This document shows positions 1-7,948 of a DNA stretch of 32,000 nt, piece by piece. This stretch comes from Gemmata obscuriglobus (GTDB taxonomy: Bacteria > Planctomycetota > Planctomycetia > Gemmatales > Gemmataceae), in NCBI RefSeq assembly GCF_008065095.1, contig NZ_CP042911.1, forward strand, positions 6,810,001 to 6,842,000, read 5' to 3'. The notes under the pieces are model-generated. The model saw only the letters and a program-made list of their open reading frames with translations. It was not told where the DNA came from and did not search any database. Made by a program: the position numbers and the translations under genes. The number at the start of each line of letters is the position of its first letter. The first letter of the stretch is position 1.

Positions 1-1
1 G

Positions 2-1147
2 CTTACTGAAGTGAGCAAGAAGATCGCTAACCAGTTGCACCGCAGCCCGGAGGCGGTCCGGTACACGATCAAGAATTTTGACCGCGTCCACCCGGAAGGG
101 GCGCTGTACCCGCACACCGCCGGTCCGCTCAGTGAGGCCGCGAAGCAGGAGATTTACATGGCGAAGCGGCAACACGAGATCGATCTGAAAAACGCCAACC
201 CCGCGGGGGACACCGTGAGCTCCATAGCCAAACGATTCGGCCGGACCCGGACCAGCATGTACCGCGTGGTGAACGAGGTGCGTGCCAAGGAACTGGTTCA
301 GCAGCCGATCGATTACATGTACAACCCGGACTTCGACGACCCGTCGAAGGAAGCCGAGATCGTCGCCGACATGCCGGGACAGGGCGAGTTCGACGCCAAA
401 CGGGCCGGTAAGACACCGCCGAAGGACGTGCCGCCGCACATGGCCCACTTGTACGAGTGGCCGCTGCTCACAAAGGAGCAGGAGCAGCACGTGTTCCGGA
501 AGATGAATTTCCTCAAGCACAAGCTGCACCAGTTGCAGAGCGCCATCGACCCGGCCCGTGCGACGGTCGATGAGTTGAGGCGGGCGGAGCAGTTGAGGCA
601 GGGGGTGCGCGACACCCGCGATGTGCTCATTAATTGCAACCAGCGGCTGGTGTACGCCCAGGCGAAGCAGAAGCTGGCACTGGGCGAGAACATCGACGAC
701 TTGGTGAGCGACGGCAACCTGTCGCTGATGCGTGCGGTGGAAAAGTTCGACTACGCTCGCGGTAACAAGTTCTCGACCTACGCCACGTGGGCGATCATGA
801 AGAACTTCGCGCGGTCGATCCCGGACGCGAAGACCCACAAACAGCGCTACATGACGGGCCACGACGAGCTGTTCGAAGCGAAGGCGGACATTCGCACCGA
901 CGAGCAAGAGGTGCTCGCCCTGGCCGATCAGGCCCGCGCCCGGGTGAACCGGCTGCTCGATCACCTCGACGCCCGCACCCGCGAAGTGATCCGGATGCGC
1001 ACCGGGTTGGACGGTTCGGAAGAGATGACTCTGGAGCAAATCGGCCAGCACTTCGGAATTACGAAGGAGCGGGTGCGGCAGATCAACGTCCGCGGGATGA
1101 AGATGCTTCGGGAGTGGGCGGCGAAGGAGAACGTCGAAGTGCCGTAA
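2..1147 (+). CDS. RNA polymerase sigma factor, sigma-70 family (regions 2, 3 and 4 present); 5' end probably off-window
   Basis: Region 2 motif DGNLSLMRAVEKFDYARGNKFSTYATWAIMKNFARSI. Region 4 HTH is LEQIGQHFGITKERVRQINVRGMKMLRE. The track starts at GTG 11, but the frame is open back to nt 2 (LTEV...) and the N-terminal text reads like the middle of an HTH, so the true start is likely upstream of the window. Stop TAA 1145-1147. Confidence 0.9.
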   Translation, partial: LTEVSKKIANQLHRSPEAVRYTIKNFDRVHPEGALYPHTAGPLSEAAKQEIYMAKRQHEIDLKNANPAGDTVSSIAKRFGRTRTSMYRVVNEVRAKELVQQPIDYMYNPDFDDPSKEAEIVADMPGQGEFDAKRAGKTPPKDVPPHMAHLYEWPLLTKEQEQHVFRKMNFLKHKLHQLQSAIDPARATVDELRRAEQLRQGVRDTRDVLINCNQRLVYAQAKQKLALGENIDDLVSDGNLSLMRAVEKFDYARGNKFSTYATWAIMKNFARSIPDAKTHKQRYMTGHDELFEAKADIRTDEQEVLALADQARARVNRLLDHLDARTREVIRMRTGLDGSEEMTLEQIGQHFGITKERVRQINVRGMKMLREWAAKENVEVP

Positions 1148-1175
1148 TCGGTCTCCGGATTGCGATAAGCCGTTA

Positions 1176-1218
1176 AACACGGCTCACCCAGGAAGCGGGG
1201 TGGGCTGTGTTCATTTTA
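1176..1218 (+). terminator. Putative rho-independent terminator of the sigma factor gene
   Basis: 14-bp stem (AACACGGCTCACCC / GGGTGGGCTGTGTT, 2 G-U pairs) with an 8-nt loop, followed by TCATTTTA. Begins 29 nt after the stop codon. Confidence 0.5.
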
Positions 1219-1646
1219 AGGCCAGAATTGCCAGAATCAGATCACTATTGTCGTAAAACCTTCGTTCGCGGCGTGCAACACCTCAAGCGGTTCACCAAAA
1301 ACCAGCCCAACAACGCACACATCCAAACGCGAGAATGCCAGTTCAGGCTGAATGCAGCCGATCAATCCCAACCGAACAGCACCTTCTTCGCGGCGTGGAA
1401 CACGGATGCTACTTTGCCGCGGTCTGTTCGGGTAGCGGCACATTGTAGACGGAGAAAACGGGGTTTGCCCGTCGAAATATCGATCATCTGGCTCAGGCAC
1501 TTCCAGTTGAGCAGGACGCATCACAGGCTGCGGGCTTCGGGTCAAAAGTCCGATCGCCGAAAGTCGCGAATCCAGTGATAGCAACTTTTTGAGTTAGCAA
1601 CTTACTGATCTGACGACGTTTGACTTGAAGTCCTAAAGCAAGAAGT

Positions 1647-1680
1647 CGTCCTCATGAGCCGTTGATGACTCATGAGGACG
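1647..1680 (-). other. Perfect 12-bp inverted repeat hairpin (CGTCCTCATGAG, 10-nt loop, CTCATGAGGACG); possible minus-strand terminator
   Basis: Read directly from the sequence. On the minus strand the hairpin is followed by ACTTCTTGCTTTAGG (T-rich). It lies in a gene-less gap next to the most AT-rich stretch of the window. Confidence 0.35.
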
Positions 1681-2102
1681 CGGAGGTGGGCACGGCAAGT
1701 CCAAGTCGTGTACGGATCATGCCCGTCACGCCGCCCTTGTTGTGCGCGCGCTGGAATAAATATGGCGACGTACTGGTGGAGGTAGTGCTTACGGAGCCTA
1801 CGGAATGGGCGCAGGGAAATAGTAGGCCGGCGGACGCTAGGTGCCGCGGAGCGGGGTTCCGGTGTACGCTGAGAACACCCGCTCACCGAGGAAGCACCGG
1901 TAATCCATTACAGGCACCCGGAGCCGGGCCGAAACACAGATCCCATCGAACTGCCTGCAACGCGGTTAGGAGAGCCCGTCCGGATGCCATATCCCGCTGA
2001 CACGGCGACGCATACATCGTGTCCGCGGGCGGGCAATTCATCCCCGAGCCTCCGAAACACACAACGGGAGTACCAGCACCCTCGAATCTCCACCGCGGAA
2101 TG

Positions 2103-2126
2103 GGAAAAGACCGGCTTCACTCCGGT
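2103..2126 (-). terminator. Putative terminator of the cyclophilin gene
   Basis: On the minus strand, a short ACCGG / CCGGT stem with a 7-nt loop, followed by CTTTTCCC. It lies about 17 nt after the TAA stop at 2143-2145. Weak stem. Confidence 0.35.
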
Positions 2127-2142
2127 GCCATCACGAGCCGCT

Positions 2143-2745
2143 TTATTTCTTCTCTTCCTTCACGATCTTCACCGACTTGATGACCACGTCCTTGGTCGGG
2201 ACGCTCTCGTGCAGCCCGGCGTCGCCGGTCTCGACGGCCTTGATCTTCTCCACCACGTCCATGCCCTCGATCACGCGCCCAAACACGCAGTACCCGGCGC
2301 CGTCGCGCGCCTTAGCTTTATCGAGGAACGTATTGTCCTTGACATTAATGAACCACTGGGCGGTGGCGCTGTCGGCGGCCTTCACCCCGCCCCGGTCCGC
2401 CCCCAACCGGGCCATCGCGAGGGTGCCCTTCAGGTTGGACAGCCCGTTGGCGGACTCGTTCTTGATCGGCTCGCGGGTCTTCTTCTCCTTCATGCCCGGT
2501 TCGAACCCGCCCCCTTGGATCATGAAATCGCTGATGACCCGGTGGAAGATGGTGCCGTCGTAGTGCTTGTCCTCGACGTACTGGAGGAAGTTCTTCACGG
2601 TGATCGGGGCTTTGTCCTCGAACAGCTCAACCTTGAAAGTGCCGTGGCTGGTCTCGACCGCAACCACCGGGTTCGCGGCGCTGGCGGTCCCTGCGACCAT
2701 CGCGAACACCACACCGCACAGCACGACCATTTTGACGGAGTGCAC
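2143..2745 (-). CDS. Peptidyl-prolyl cis-trans isomerase, cyclophilin type, secreted/periplasmic
   Basis: Cyclophilin core HRVISDFMIQGGGF ... GTLAMAR ... SATAQWFINV. N-terminal signal peptide VVLCGVVFAMVAGTASA. GTG start at 2745 is preceded by AGGAGG 8 nt upstream. Confidence 0.93.
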   Translation of the reverse strand: MHSVKMVVLCGVVFAMVAGTASAANPVVAVETSHGTFKVELFEDKAPITVKNFLQYVEDKHYDGTIFHRVISDFMIQGGGFEPGMKEKKTREPIKNESANGLSNLKGTLAMARLGADRGGVKAADSATAQWFINVKDNTFLDKAKARDGAGYCVFGRVIEGMDVVEKIKAVETGDAGLHESVPTKDVVIKSVKIVKEEKK

Positions 2746-2860
2746 TGGTTCGACCTCCTGCGCGACCGGGGCGCGGGCGGGAGCGGCCCCAGCCGCGCGC
2801 CCGGTGCCCGTCTTTCATCCGGAAATTGTATGCGGGCGCGAGTCCCGCGTGTGGCATTTC

Positions 2861-2896
2861 GTTACACCGTTGCGGATGGGGGCGCCGGGGTGTAAC
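2861..2896. promoter_or_regulatory. Palindrome GTTACACC-N20-GGTGTAAC in the divergent promoter region
   Basis: 8-bp perfect inverted repeat between the divergently transcribed cyclophilin (start 2745) and hydrolase (start 2927). The operator-like function is only a guess. Confidence 0.2.
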
Positions 2897-2926
2897 GTGC
2901 GGAATCCCGCCCGGAGAACCCTCCTC

Positions 2927-4918
2927 ATGCGACTGCTCGCTGCCCCGCTCCTGTTTGTCGGTATGGTCGTCGCGCTCGCGACCGCACCGGACACCGTGCC
3001 CGCGCACGCGCAGGACAAGAAGGACGACAAGAAGAAGGCCCAGCCAAAGGTGGACCCGAAGACGTTCATCCCGGACGCCGCCACGCTGAAGCAGATCAAG
3101 GACAAGACCGAGGAACTGCGGAAGGCAATCGCCGCGCTGAAGGAGAAGAAGCTGACGGACGACGTGCTCGTCGAGGTGGAGATCTACCTCAAGGCGGCCG
3201 AGAACATCGTCCGGTTCGAGGAGTGGCTCGCGAAGGACAGCATCAAGTGGACGTTCGCCACGCTCGAGCAGGGCTTGTCCCGCGCGAAACAGGCGGAGGG
3301 CGGGAAGGCCGTGTGGCGTGACGCCCCGGGCAAGTGGGTGGTGCGCGCGTACCGTTCGAGGGTAGACGACTCAATTCAGCCCTACGCGGTGTTGCTCCCA
3401 CATGATTACGGCAAGGACCCGAAGAAGCAGTGGCGACTCGACGTGGTGCTGCACGGCCGCGACGGAGCCCTAACCGAGGCGAAGTTCATTGGTACACACC
3501 AAGGCAACGCGCCGAAAGATTTGGGGTACGTCCAGCTCGAACCGTACGGCCGCGGGAACAACGCCTACCGATGGGCCGGCGAGACGGACGTGTTCGAGGC
3601 GTTTGAGCCAGCGCTGCACCGCGAGCATATCGACGCGAATCGCATTGTTCTCCGCGGCTTTTCGATGGGCGGCGCAGGCACTTGGCACATCGGGTTGCAC
3701 CACCCGGGGGATTTCTCCGTGATCGGCCCCGGCGCGGGTTTCACCACCACGCACGGGTACATCGCGAACCTGCCCAAGCAACTGCCCGATTATCAGGAAA
3801 AGTGTCTCCGCATCTACGACGCAATCGACTACACCGAAAACGCATTCAACGTGCCAGTGGTCGCATACAGCGGTGAGAAGGACGGACAGAAGAAGGCCGC
3901 GGACAACATCGAGAACGCGCTCAAGGGCTTCAAGGAGCCGTTCAAGTTTACCCACCTCATCGCGCCCGGCCTCGAACACCAGATGCCGAAGCCGTGGCAG
4001 GAAAAGGCGGAGGTCGAATACCGCAAGTACGCCGACAGGGGCCGCGATCCGAACCCGAAGCGCGTGCGGTTCGTAACGTATACGCCGCAGTACGCCTCGT
4101 GCAGTTGGCTCCGAATTGATGCGCTTGAAACCACTTACCAAAAAGCCACCGCCGACGTGACACGCGACGGAACACGAATCGTTGCCGCGACGACCAACGT
4201 CCGTCTGTTATCGCTGGATTTACCGCCCGGGAAACACACCGTTACAGTAGACGGCCAAAAGTTGGATCTGGAAGCCGGGGAGAGCTTGAGCTTTATCGAG
4301 AAGCGAAACGGTCGATGGGTTCAGGTTGATGGCCAAGAGGCAGCAATCCGGACTGCCGAAAAGCCCGAAAAGCGATTCCAAGTGCATGGGCCAATTGACC
4401 ACGCATTCACAGGTAAGTTTACGGTCATCGGGCCGACTCGGGACAGCGGCTACCCGGCAGCCGCGCTCAAGCAATTCGCCGCGGTGTGGGACCGGTACTT
4501 CCGTGGCACGCTGCCGACTATCGCCCCAGCGGCCTACGAACCCAAGGATCGCTTCGACGGGAACCTAGTGCTGTTCGGTACCCCGGATAGCAACCCGCTT
4601 ATCGCGAAGGTGCTGCCCAAGCTCCCGATCACCTGGACGAAAGACAAGCTCGTGGTAAACGGTGTCGAATACGATCCGAAGACGCACCTGCCGGTCCTAA
4701 TCTTCCCGAACCCGTTGACGAAGAATTTGGACTATGTCGTTATCAACAGCGGGCACACGTTCAAGGAGACCGACCTGAAGGGCACGAACGCGCTGCTGTA
4801 CCCGCGGCTGGGGGACTGGGCCGTCATCAAGCCGACACCCACCGAGAAAGACCCCGCGGCGTATGAGGTGGTCGCCGCCGGGTTGTTCGACGAGAACTGG
4901 CAATTTCCGAAGAAGTAA
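2927..4918 (+). CDS. Secreted alpha/beta-hydrolase-fold serine hydrolase (prolyl oligopeptidase/esterase-like), 663 aa
   Basis: Nucleophile elbow GFSMGGAGTW. Signal peptide MRLLAAPLLFVGMVVALATAPDTVPAHA starts at ATG 2927, in frame with the 2567 ORF. The 2567-2926 extension overlaps the cyclophilin gene on the other strand and looks non-coding. GGAGAA lies upstream of the ATG. Confidence 0.8.
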   Translation: MRLLAAPLLFVGMVVALATAPDTVPAHAQDKKDDKKKAQPKVDPKTFIPDAATLKQIKDKTEELRKAIAALKEKKLTDDVLVEVEIYLKAAENIVRFEEWLAKDSIKWTFATLEQGLSRAKQAEGGKAVWRDAPGKWVVRAYRSRVDDSIQPYAVLLPHDYGKDPKKQWRLDVVLHGRDGALTEAKFIGTHQGNAPKDLGYVQLEPYGRGNNAYRWAGETDVFEAFEPALHREHIDANRIVLRGFSMGGAGTWHIGLHHPGDFSVIGPGAGFTTTHGYIANLPKQLPDYQEKCLRIYDAIDYTENAFNVPVVAYSGEKDGQKKAADNIENALKGFKEPFKFTHLIAPGLEHQMPKPWQEKAEVEYRKYADRGRDPNPKRVRFVTYTPQYASCSWLRIDALETTYQKATADVTRDGTRIVAATTNVRLLSLDLPPGKHTVTVDGQKLDLEAGESLSFIEKRNGRWVQVDGQEAAIRTAEKPEKRFQVHGPIDHAFTGKFTVIGPTRDSGYPAAALKQFAAVWDRYFRGTLPTIAPAAYEPKDRFDGNLVLFGTPDSNPLIAKVLPKLPITWTKDKLVVNGVEYDPKTHLPVLIFPNPLTKNLDYVVINSGHTFKETDLKGTNALLYPRLGDWAVIKPTPTEKDPAAYEVVAAGLFDENWQFPKK

Positions 4919-4922
4919 CGTC

Positions 4923-5103
4923 GGCGAGCGGAGGGCGTGAGCCCTCCGAGTGACCCCGATACCTTCGGAATCGCTGCGGTCGTTGAGTCGCGTCGCACTC
5001 GGGGGTTCACCGCTCGCCAAAGGCACGAACCCCAATACCTTCAGACCCCAGAATCGCACCGGCGTCGCACTCGGGGGGCTCACGCCCCCCGCTCGCCAAA
5101 GGC
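4923..5103. repeat. Cluster of hairpin elements and a roughly 75-80-bp tandem duplication between convergent genes, overlapping the pepA stop
   Basis: 4923-4954 (GGCGAGCGGAGGGCGTGAGCCCTCCGAGTGAC) is the inverted copy of 5064-5097 (GTCGCACTCGGGGGGCTCACGCCCCCCGCTCGCC). Each forms an 8-bp stem with a GTGA/TCAC loop (4929-4948 and 5072-5091). A truncated direct copy lies at 4992-5018. Units 4951-5024 and 5025-5103 align as tandem repeats. Confidence 0.8.
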
Positions 5104-6531
5104 GCGGGCCATTTCGACGATGCTCCGCACCATGCACCCGGTGCCGCCGGCGTCCTGGGCGGCCGACTCGCCCTCGGCGAACGAGGGGCCGGCGATGTCG
5201 AGGTGCGCCCACTTCGCGTCGCCGACGAACTGCTCCAGGAACTTCCCGCCCGCGATCGCCCCGGCCCACCGCCCACCGCCGGTGTTCCGCATGTCCGCGA
5301 CCTTGCTCTTGATGAGCCCGTCGTAGCTCGCGTCCATCGGCAGCTTCCAGGCGCGTTCGCCGGCTTTAGCCACCGCGCCCAGGATCTGCTCGCCCCAGGC
5401 GTCGTTGTTCGTCATCAGGCCGCTCGTTTCGGTCCCGAGAGCGACCATACACGCGCCCGTCAGGGTGGCGAAGTTGACCAGGAACTTCGTGTGCTCCGCC
5501 GCGAGGCACAGCGCGTCCGCGAGGATCAGCCGCCCTTCGGCGTCGGTGTTCAGAACCTCAATGGTCTTGCCGTTGCGGGCGGTGAGCACGTCGCCGAGCT
5601 TCAGCGCGGTGCCGCTCGGCATGTTCTCTACCAGCGCCAGCACGCCGAACAGGTTCACCGGCAGCTTCAGTTCCGCGACCGCCTGGACGCCGGCAAGCAC
5701 CGCCGCCGCGCCGGCCATGTCGCACTTCATGTCCACCATGCCGTCGGAGGGCTTCAGCGAAAGCCCGCCGCTGTCGAACGTCACGCCCTTCCCGACCAGC
5801 CCCAGAACCGGGCCGCCCGGGTTCCCGGTGTACCGCAGGACCGCGAGCCGCGCCGGCCGCGCCGAGCCCTCCGCGACACCCAGCAGCGAGCCCATCCGCT
5901 CCGCCGCGATCCGGGACTCATCCCACACCTCCACCTCGAAGCCGGCGGCGCGGCCGGCGCCGGCCGCCGCGACCGCGAACGTCTCGGGGTACAGCTCGCG
6001 CGGCGGCGTGTTCACCAGCTCGCGCGCAAGCCACAGCGCCCGGGCCTCCGCACGCACCCGCGGCAGCTCGTCCGCCGCGCCGCCGACCAGCACGAACCGC
6101 TCCGGCGCGAACCGCGTGGGCGTGCCCTTCCGGATGCCCGGCCCCTGGCTGCCCTGCGCCAGCCCCACGCCGACCGCGAGCGTGAACTCGGGATCGGGCA
6201 CCGCGACCGCGACCGTCGCGAACTTCTTCGCGGTGATATGACGCGCCGCGGCTGCCGCGGCATCGTGAAGGGTGGCGCGTTTCACGTCGGCACGCTTGCC
6301 CAAGCCCACGAACAGCACCCGCGCGGCCGCGACGCCGGTCGGGTTCAGCACCGGGACCAGTTCGAGGTGCTTGGCGCCGAAGTCGCCGCCCTCGCGGAAC
6401 TTGGAGACCAGTTCCGCACCCGGGCCGGAGTATGGTTGGTCCAGCCACACCCCGAGCACCAGCCAGTCGGCCCGGACGGCGGTGAGCGGTTCGGCGGAAA
6501 CTTCGAACTGCGTTTGAGGCAGGTTGAGCAC
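5080..6531 (-). CDS. pepA: Leucyl aminopeptidase, M17 family
   Basis: M17 signature NTDAEGRLILADAL and VGKGVTFDSGGLSLKP. The N-terminus FEVSAEPLTAVRADWLVLGVW matches the PepA N-domain layout. Start taken as GTG 6531, 2 nt after the upstream gene's TAG. The longer track ORF to 6747 overlaps that gene. Confidence 0.92.
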   Translation of the reverse strand: MLNLPQTQFEVSAEPLTAVRADWLVLGVWLDQPYSGPGAELVSKFREGGDFGAKHLELVPVLNPTGVAAARVLFVGLGKRADVKRATLHDAAAAAARHITAKKFATVAVAVPDPEFTLAVGVGLAQGSQGPGIRKGTPTRFAPERFVLVGGAADELPRVRAEARALWLARELVNTPPRELYPETFAVAAAGAGRAAGFEVEVWDESRIAAERMGSLLGVAEGSARPARLAVLRYTGNPGGPVLGLVGKGVTFDSGGLSLKPSDGMVDMKCDMAGAAAVLAGVQAVAELKLPVNLFGVLALVENMPSGTALKLGDVLTARNGKTIEVLNTDAEGRLILADALCLAAEHTKFLVNFATLTGACMVALGTETSGLMTNNDAWGEQILGAVAKAGERAWKLPMDASYDGLIKSKVADMRNTGGGRWAGAIAGGKFLEQFVGDAKWAHLDIAGPSFAEGESAAQDAGGTGCMVRSIVEMARAFGERGA

Positions 6532-6533
6532 GG

Positions 6534-7691
6534 CTACTTCTTCGACGGGGTGACGGGGTCGTACAGCTTCAGCATCTCCTCGACCGCGGCGACCAGCTTC
6601 GGGTCGCTCTGGCGCACGGCCGCGACGAACTTTTTGGCGTCGTCGTTGGGACACGAAAGAGCATAGCGAACGATGCCCCGCCTGACGATCGGGGCCGCGT
6701 GCGTCGGCTTGGCGAACTGCGCGAACACCTCCGCGCTCAGGTCCCACCAGCCCCAGCGCCGCAAATCATCAATCGCTTGGTCCGCGAAGTCGCCGTCGGG
6801 CAGGAGGGCCGCACAACACTTCAGCACCTCCGCCTTGCACTCGGCACCCCGGGCGGCCTGGAAGAACCGCACCGCGCCCAGGCTGGAGAGCCGAACGGAG
6901 TACGGCCGCTCCGTGTCCGCGAGGACGCTCTGCGCCAGCGCCCACCCGCCCTTCGGGTCGAGCAGAACGTACCCCGCGAGCAGCCCGCCGAAGGACTCGC
7001 GGGCGCGCGCGGACAGCGGTTGCTGTTTCAGCAGCTTCTCAAGGAACGCGGCGTCGGCCGGGCCGCCGGACACGCCCAGGAGGAACGCGAACACCCCGAG
7101 CCGCTCGGTGGGCGTCTTCTCGTCGCCGATCAGCTTGCGGAGGGCTTCGGGGGAAAAGTGCTTGGCCGCCCTGGCGATGTCCGCATCCGCCGCCCGAGCG
7201 AACTCCACGAACGCGTCGGCCGCGACGGTGGCGTCCGGGGAGCTCAGGTGCGGGAAGTAGTACGCGAGCCGGGCGGTCGGGTCGTTTTCGGCCAGTTTGG
7301 CGGCCCCCGTGAGGTACGCGACCACCGCGGCCGGCGCTGCCACGCCCGCGGTCACGTCGAGCTTGCCGTCTTTGGCCGTGCAGAACACGAGGTACTCGCT
7401 CGGCGTGTCGCCCACGACCGGCAAATAGCCCCGAAGGGTGAGCACGTTCTGGTTCCCGCGGGCCGGGGCGTCCTTCAGCGCCGCCCCGACGTGGAGGTCG
7501 GTGAACCCTTCGTCGGTTTTGGGGTCGAACCGCGGGTTGGCGAGCTTCCCGTGCAACACGGCGCTCGCCTGCGCGTACTGCATCCGGAGCGTGGGCTTCG
7601 CGCGGACGTTGTCGCCGCAGAAGGTGCAGGCGGGCGCGGGCGCCGGGCCGACGGCCAGAACCAGCGCGGTGAGAGCGGCGACGCGAAACAT
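6534..7691 (-). CDS. Secreted CxxC protein of unknown family (paralog 1), 385 aa
   Basis: ATG 7691 is preceded by GAGGGA. Signal peptide MFRVAALTALVLAVGPAPAPA is followed by CTFCG. Host-like GC3-rich codons. Full-length similarity to the upstream gene. The 899-aa track ORF is a read-through artefact of this frame. Confidence 0.8.
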   Translation of the reverse strand: MFRVAALTALVLAVGPAPAPACTFCGDNVRAKPTLRMQYAQASAVLHGKLANPRFDPKTDEGFTDLHVGAALKDAPARGNQNVLTLRGYLPVVGDTPSEYLVFCTAKDGKLDVTAGVAAPAAVVAYLTGAAKLAENDPTARLAYYFPHLSSPDATVAADAFVEFARAADADIARAAKHFSPEALRKLIGDEKTPTERLGVFAFLLGVSGGPADAAFLEKLLKQQPLSARARESFGGLLAGYVLLDPKGGWALAQSVLADTERPYSVRLSSLGAVRFFQAARGAECKAEVLKCCAALLPDGDFADQAIDDLRRWGWWDLSAEVFAQFAKPTHAAPIVRRGIVRYALSCPNDDAKKFVAAVRQSDPKLVAAVEEMLKLYDPVTPSKK

Positions 7692-7898
7692 GGCGTGTCC
7701 CTCGAACGTGACGGCACTGTGATACACCGGCCGCACGTAACGAGGGAAGGCGAGTCCGGGCGATTGGCCGGCGCGAGCCCGCCAACCATCGGATCGGCGG
7801 GTCAAAGACGGTGCTGACCGAAAGGGGCCGCTGCTGGGATCGTGGCCCTGGCGGCTCTGAGTGCGGCGAACGACCGCGTAGCGATGCGAGAGGGCTAT

Positions 7899-7924
7899 GG
7901 AGGCGGGCAAGATGCCCGCGCTCC
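7899..7924 (-). terminator. Possible hairpin terminator after paralog 2
   Basis: GGAGGCGGGC-AAGAT-GCCCGCGCTCC (10-bp stem with one bulged base), about 25 nt downstream of the 7949 stop on the minus strand. No clear U tract. Confidence 0.3.
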
Positions 7925-7948
7925 TAAGAAAGGCGCCGCGCCGGCGGG

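Noticed and set aside
1237-1584. 115-aa minus-strand ORF (and the overlapping 123-aa plus ORF 1207-1578) as real genes
   Set aside because: TTG start, and third codon positions are mostly A/T, in contrast to all confident genes. No motif recognised. Kept only as part of the unexplained-gap finding.
1600-2140. tmRNA, RNase P RNA or SRP RNA in the gene-less gap (prompted by GGAGATTCGAGGG, CTCCACCA, GGGAAAAGACCGGCTTC and GAGGAAGCACC)
   Set aside because: For tmRNA there is no GGGG... acceptor 5' strand complementary to the CCA-proximal sequence and no T-arm. For RNase P there is no GAGGAAAGUCCGGGC / ACAGAACCCGGCUUA pair in the correct order or strand. For SRP there is no GGAA-tetraloop helix 8 motif. 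The partial matches are too short to count.
2497-2515. tRNA-like T-arm string GGTTCGAACCC
   Set aside because: It lies inside the cyclophilin CDS. No matching T-stem, acceptor stem or anticodon arm can be drawn around it. I saw no tRNA elsewhere in the window.
2567-2926. N-terminal 120-aa extension of the hydrolase ORF
   Set aside because: It overlaps the cyclophilin coding region on the opposite strand and lacks protein-like composition. A clean signal peptide with an upstream GGAGAA begins at ATG 2927.
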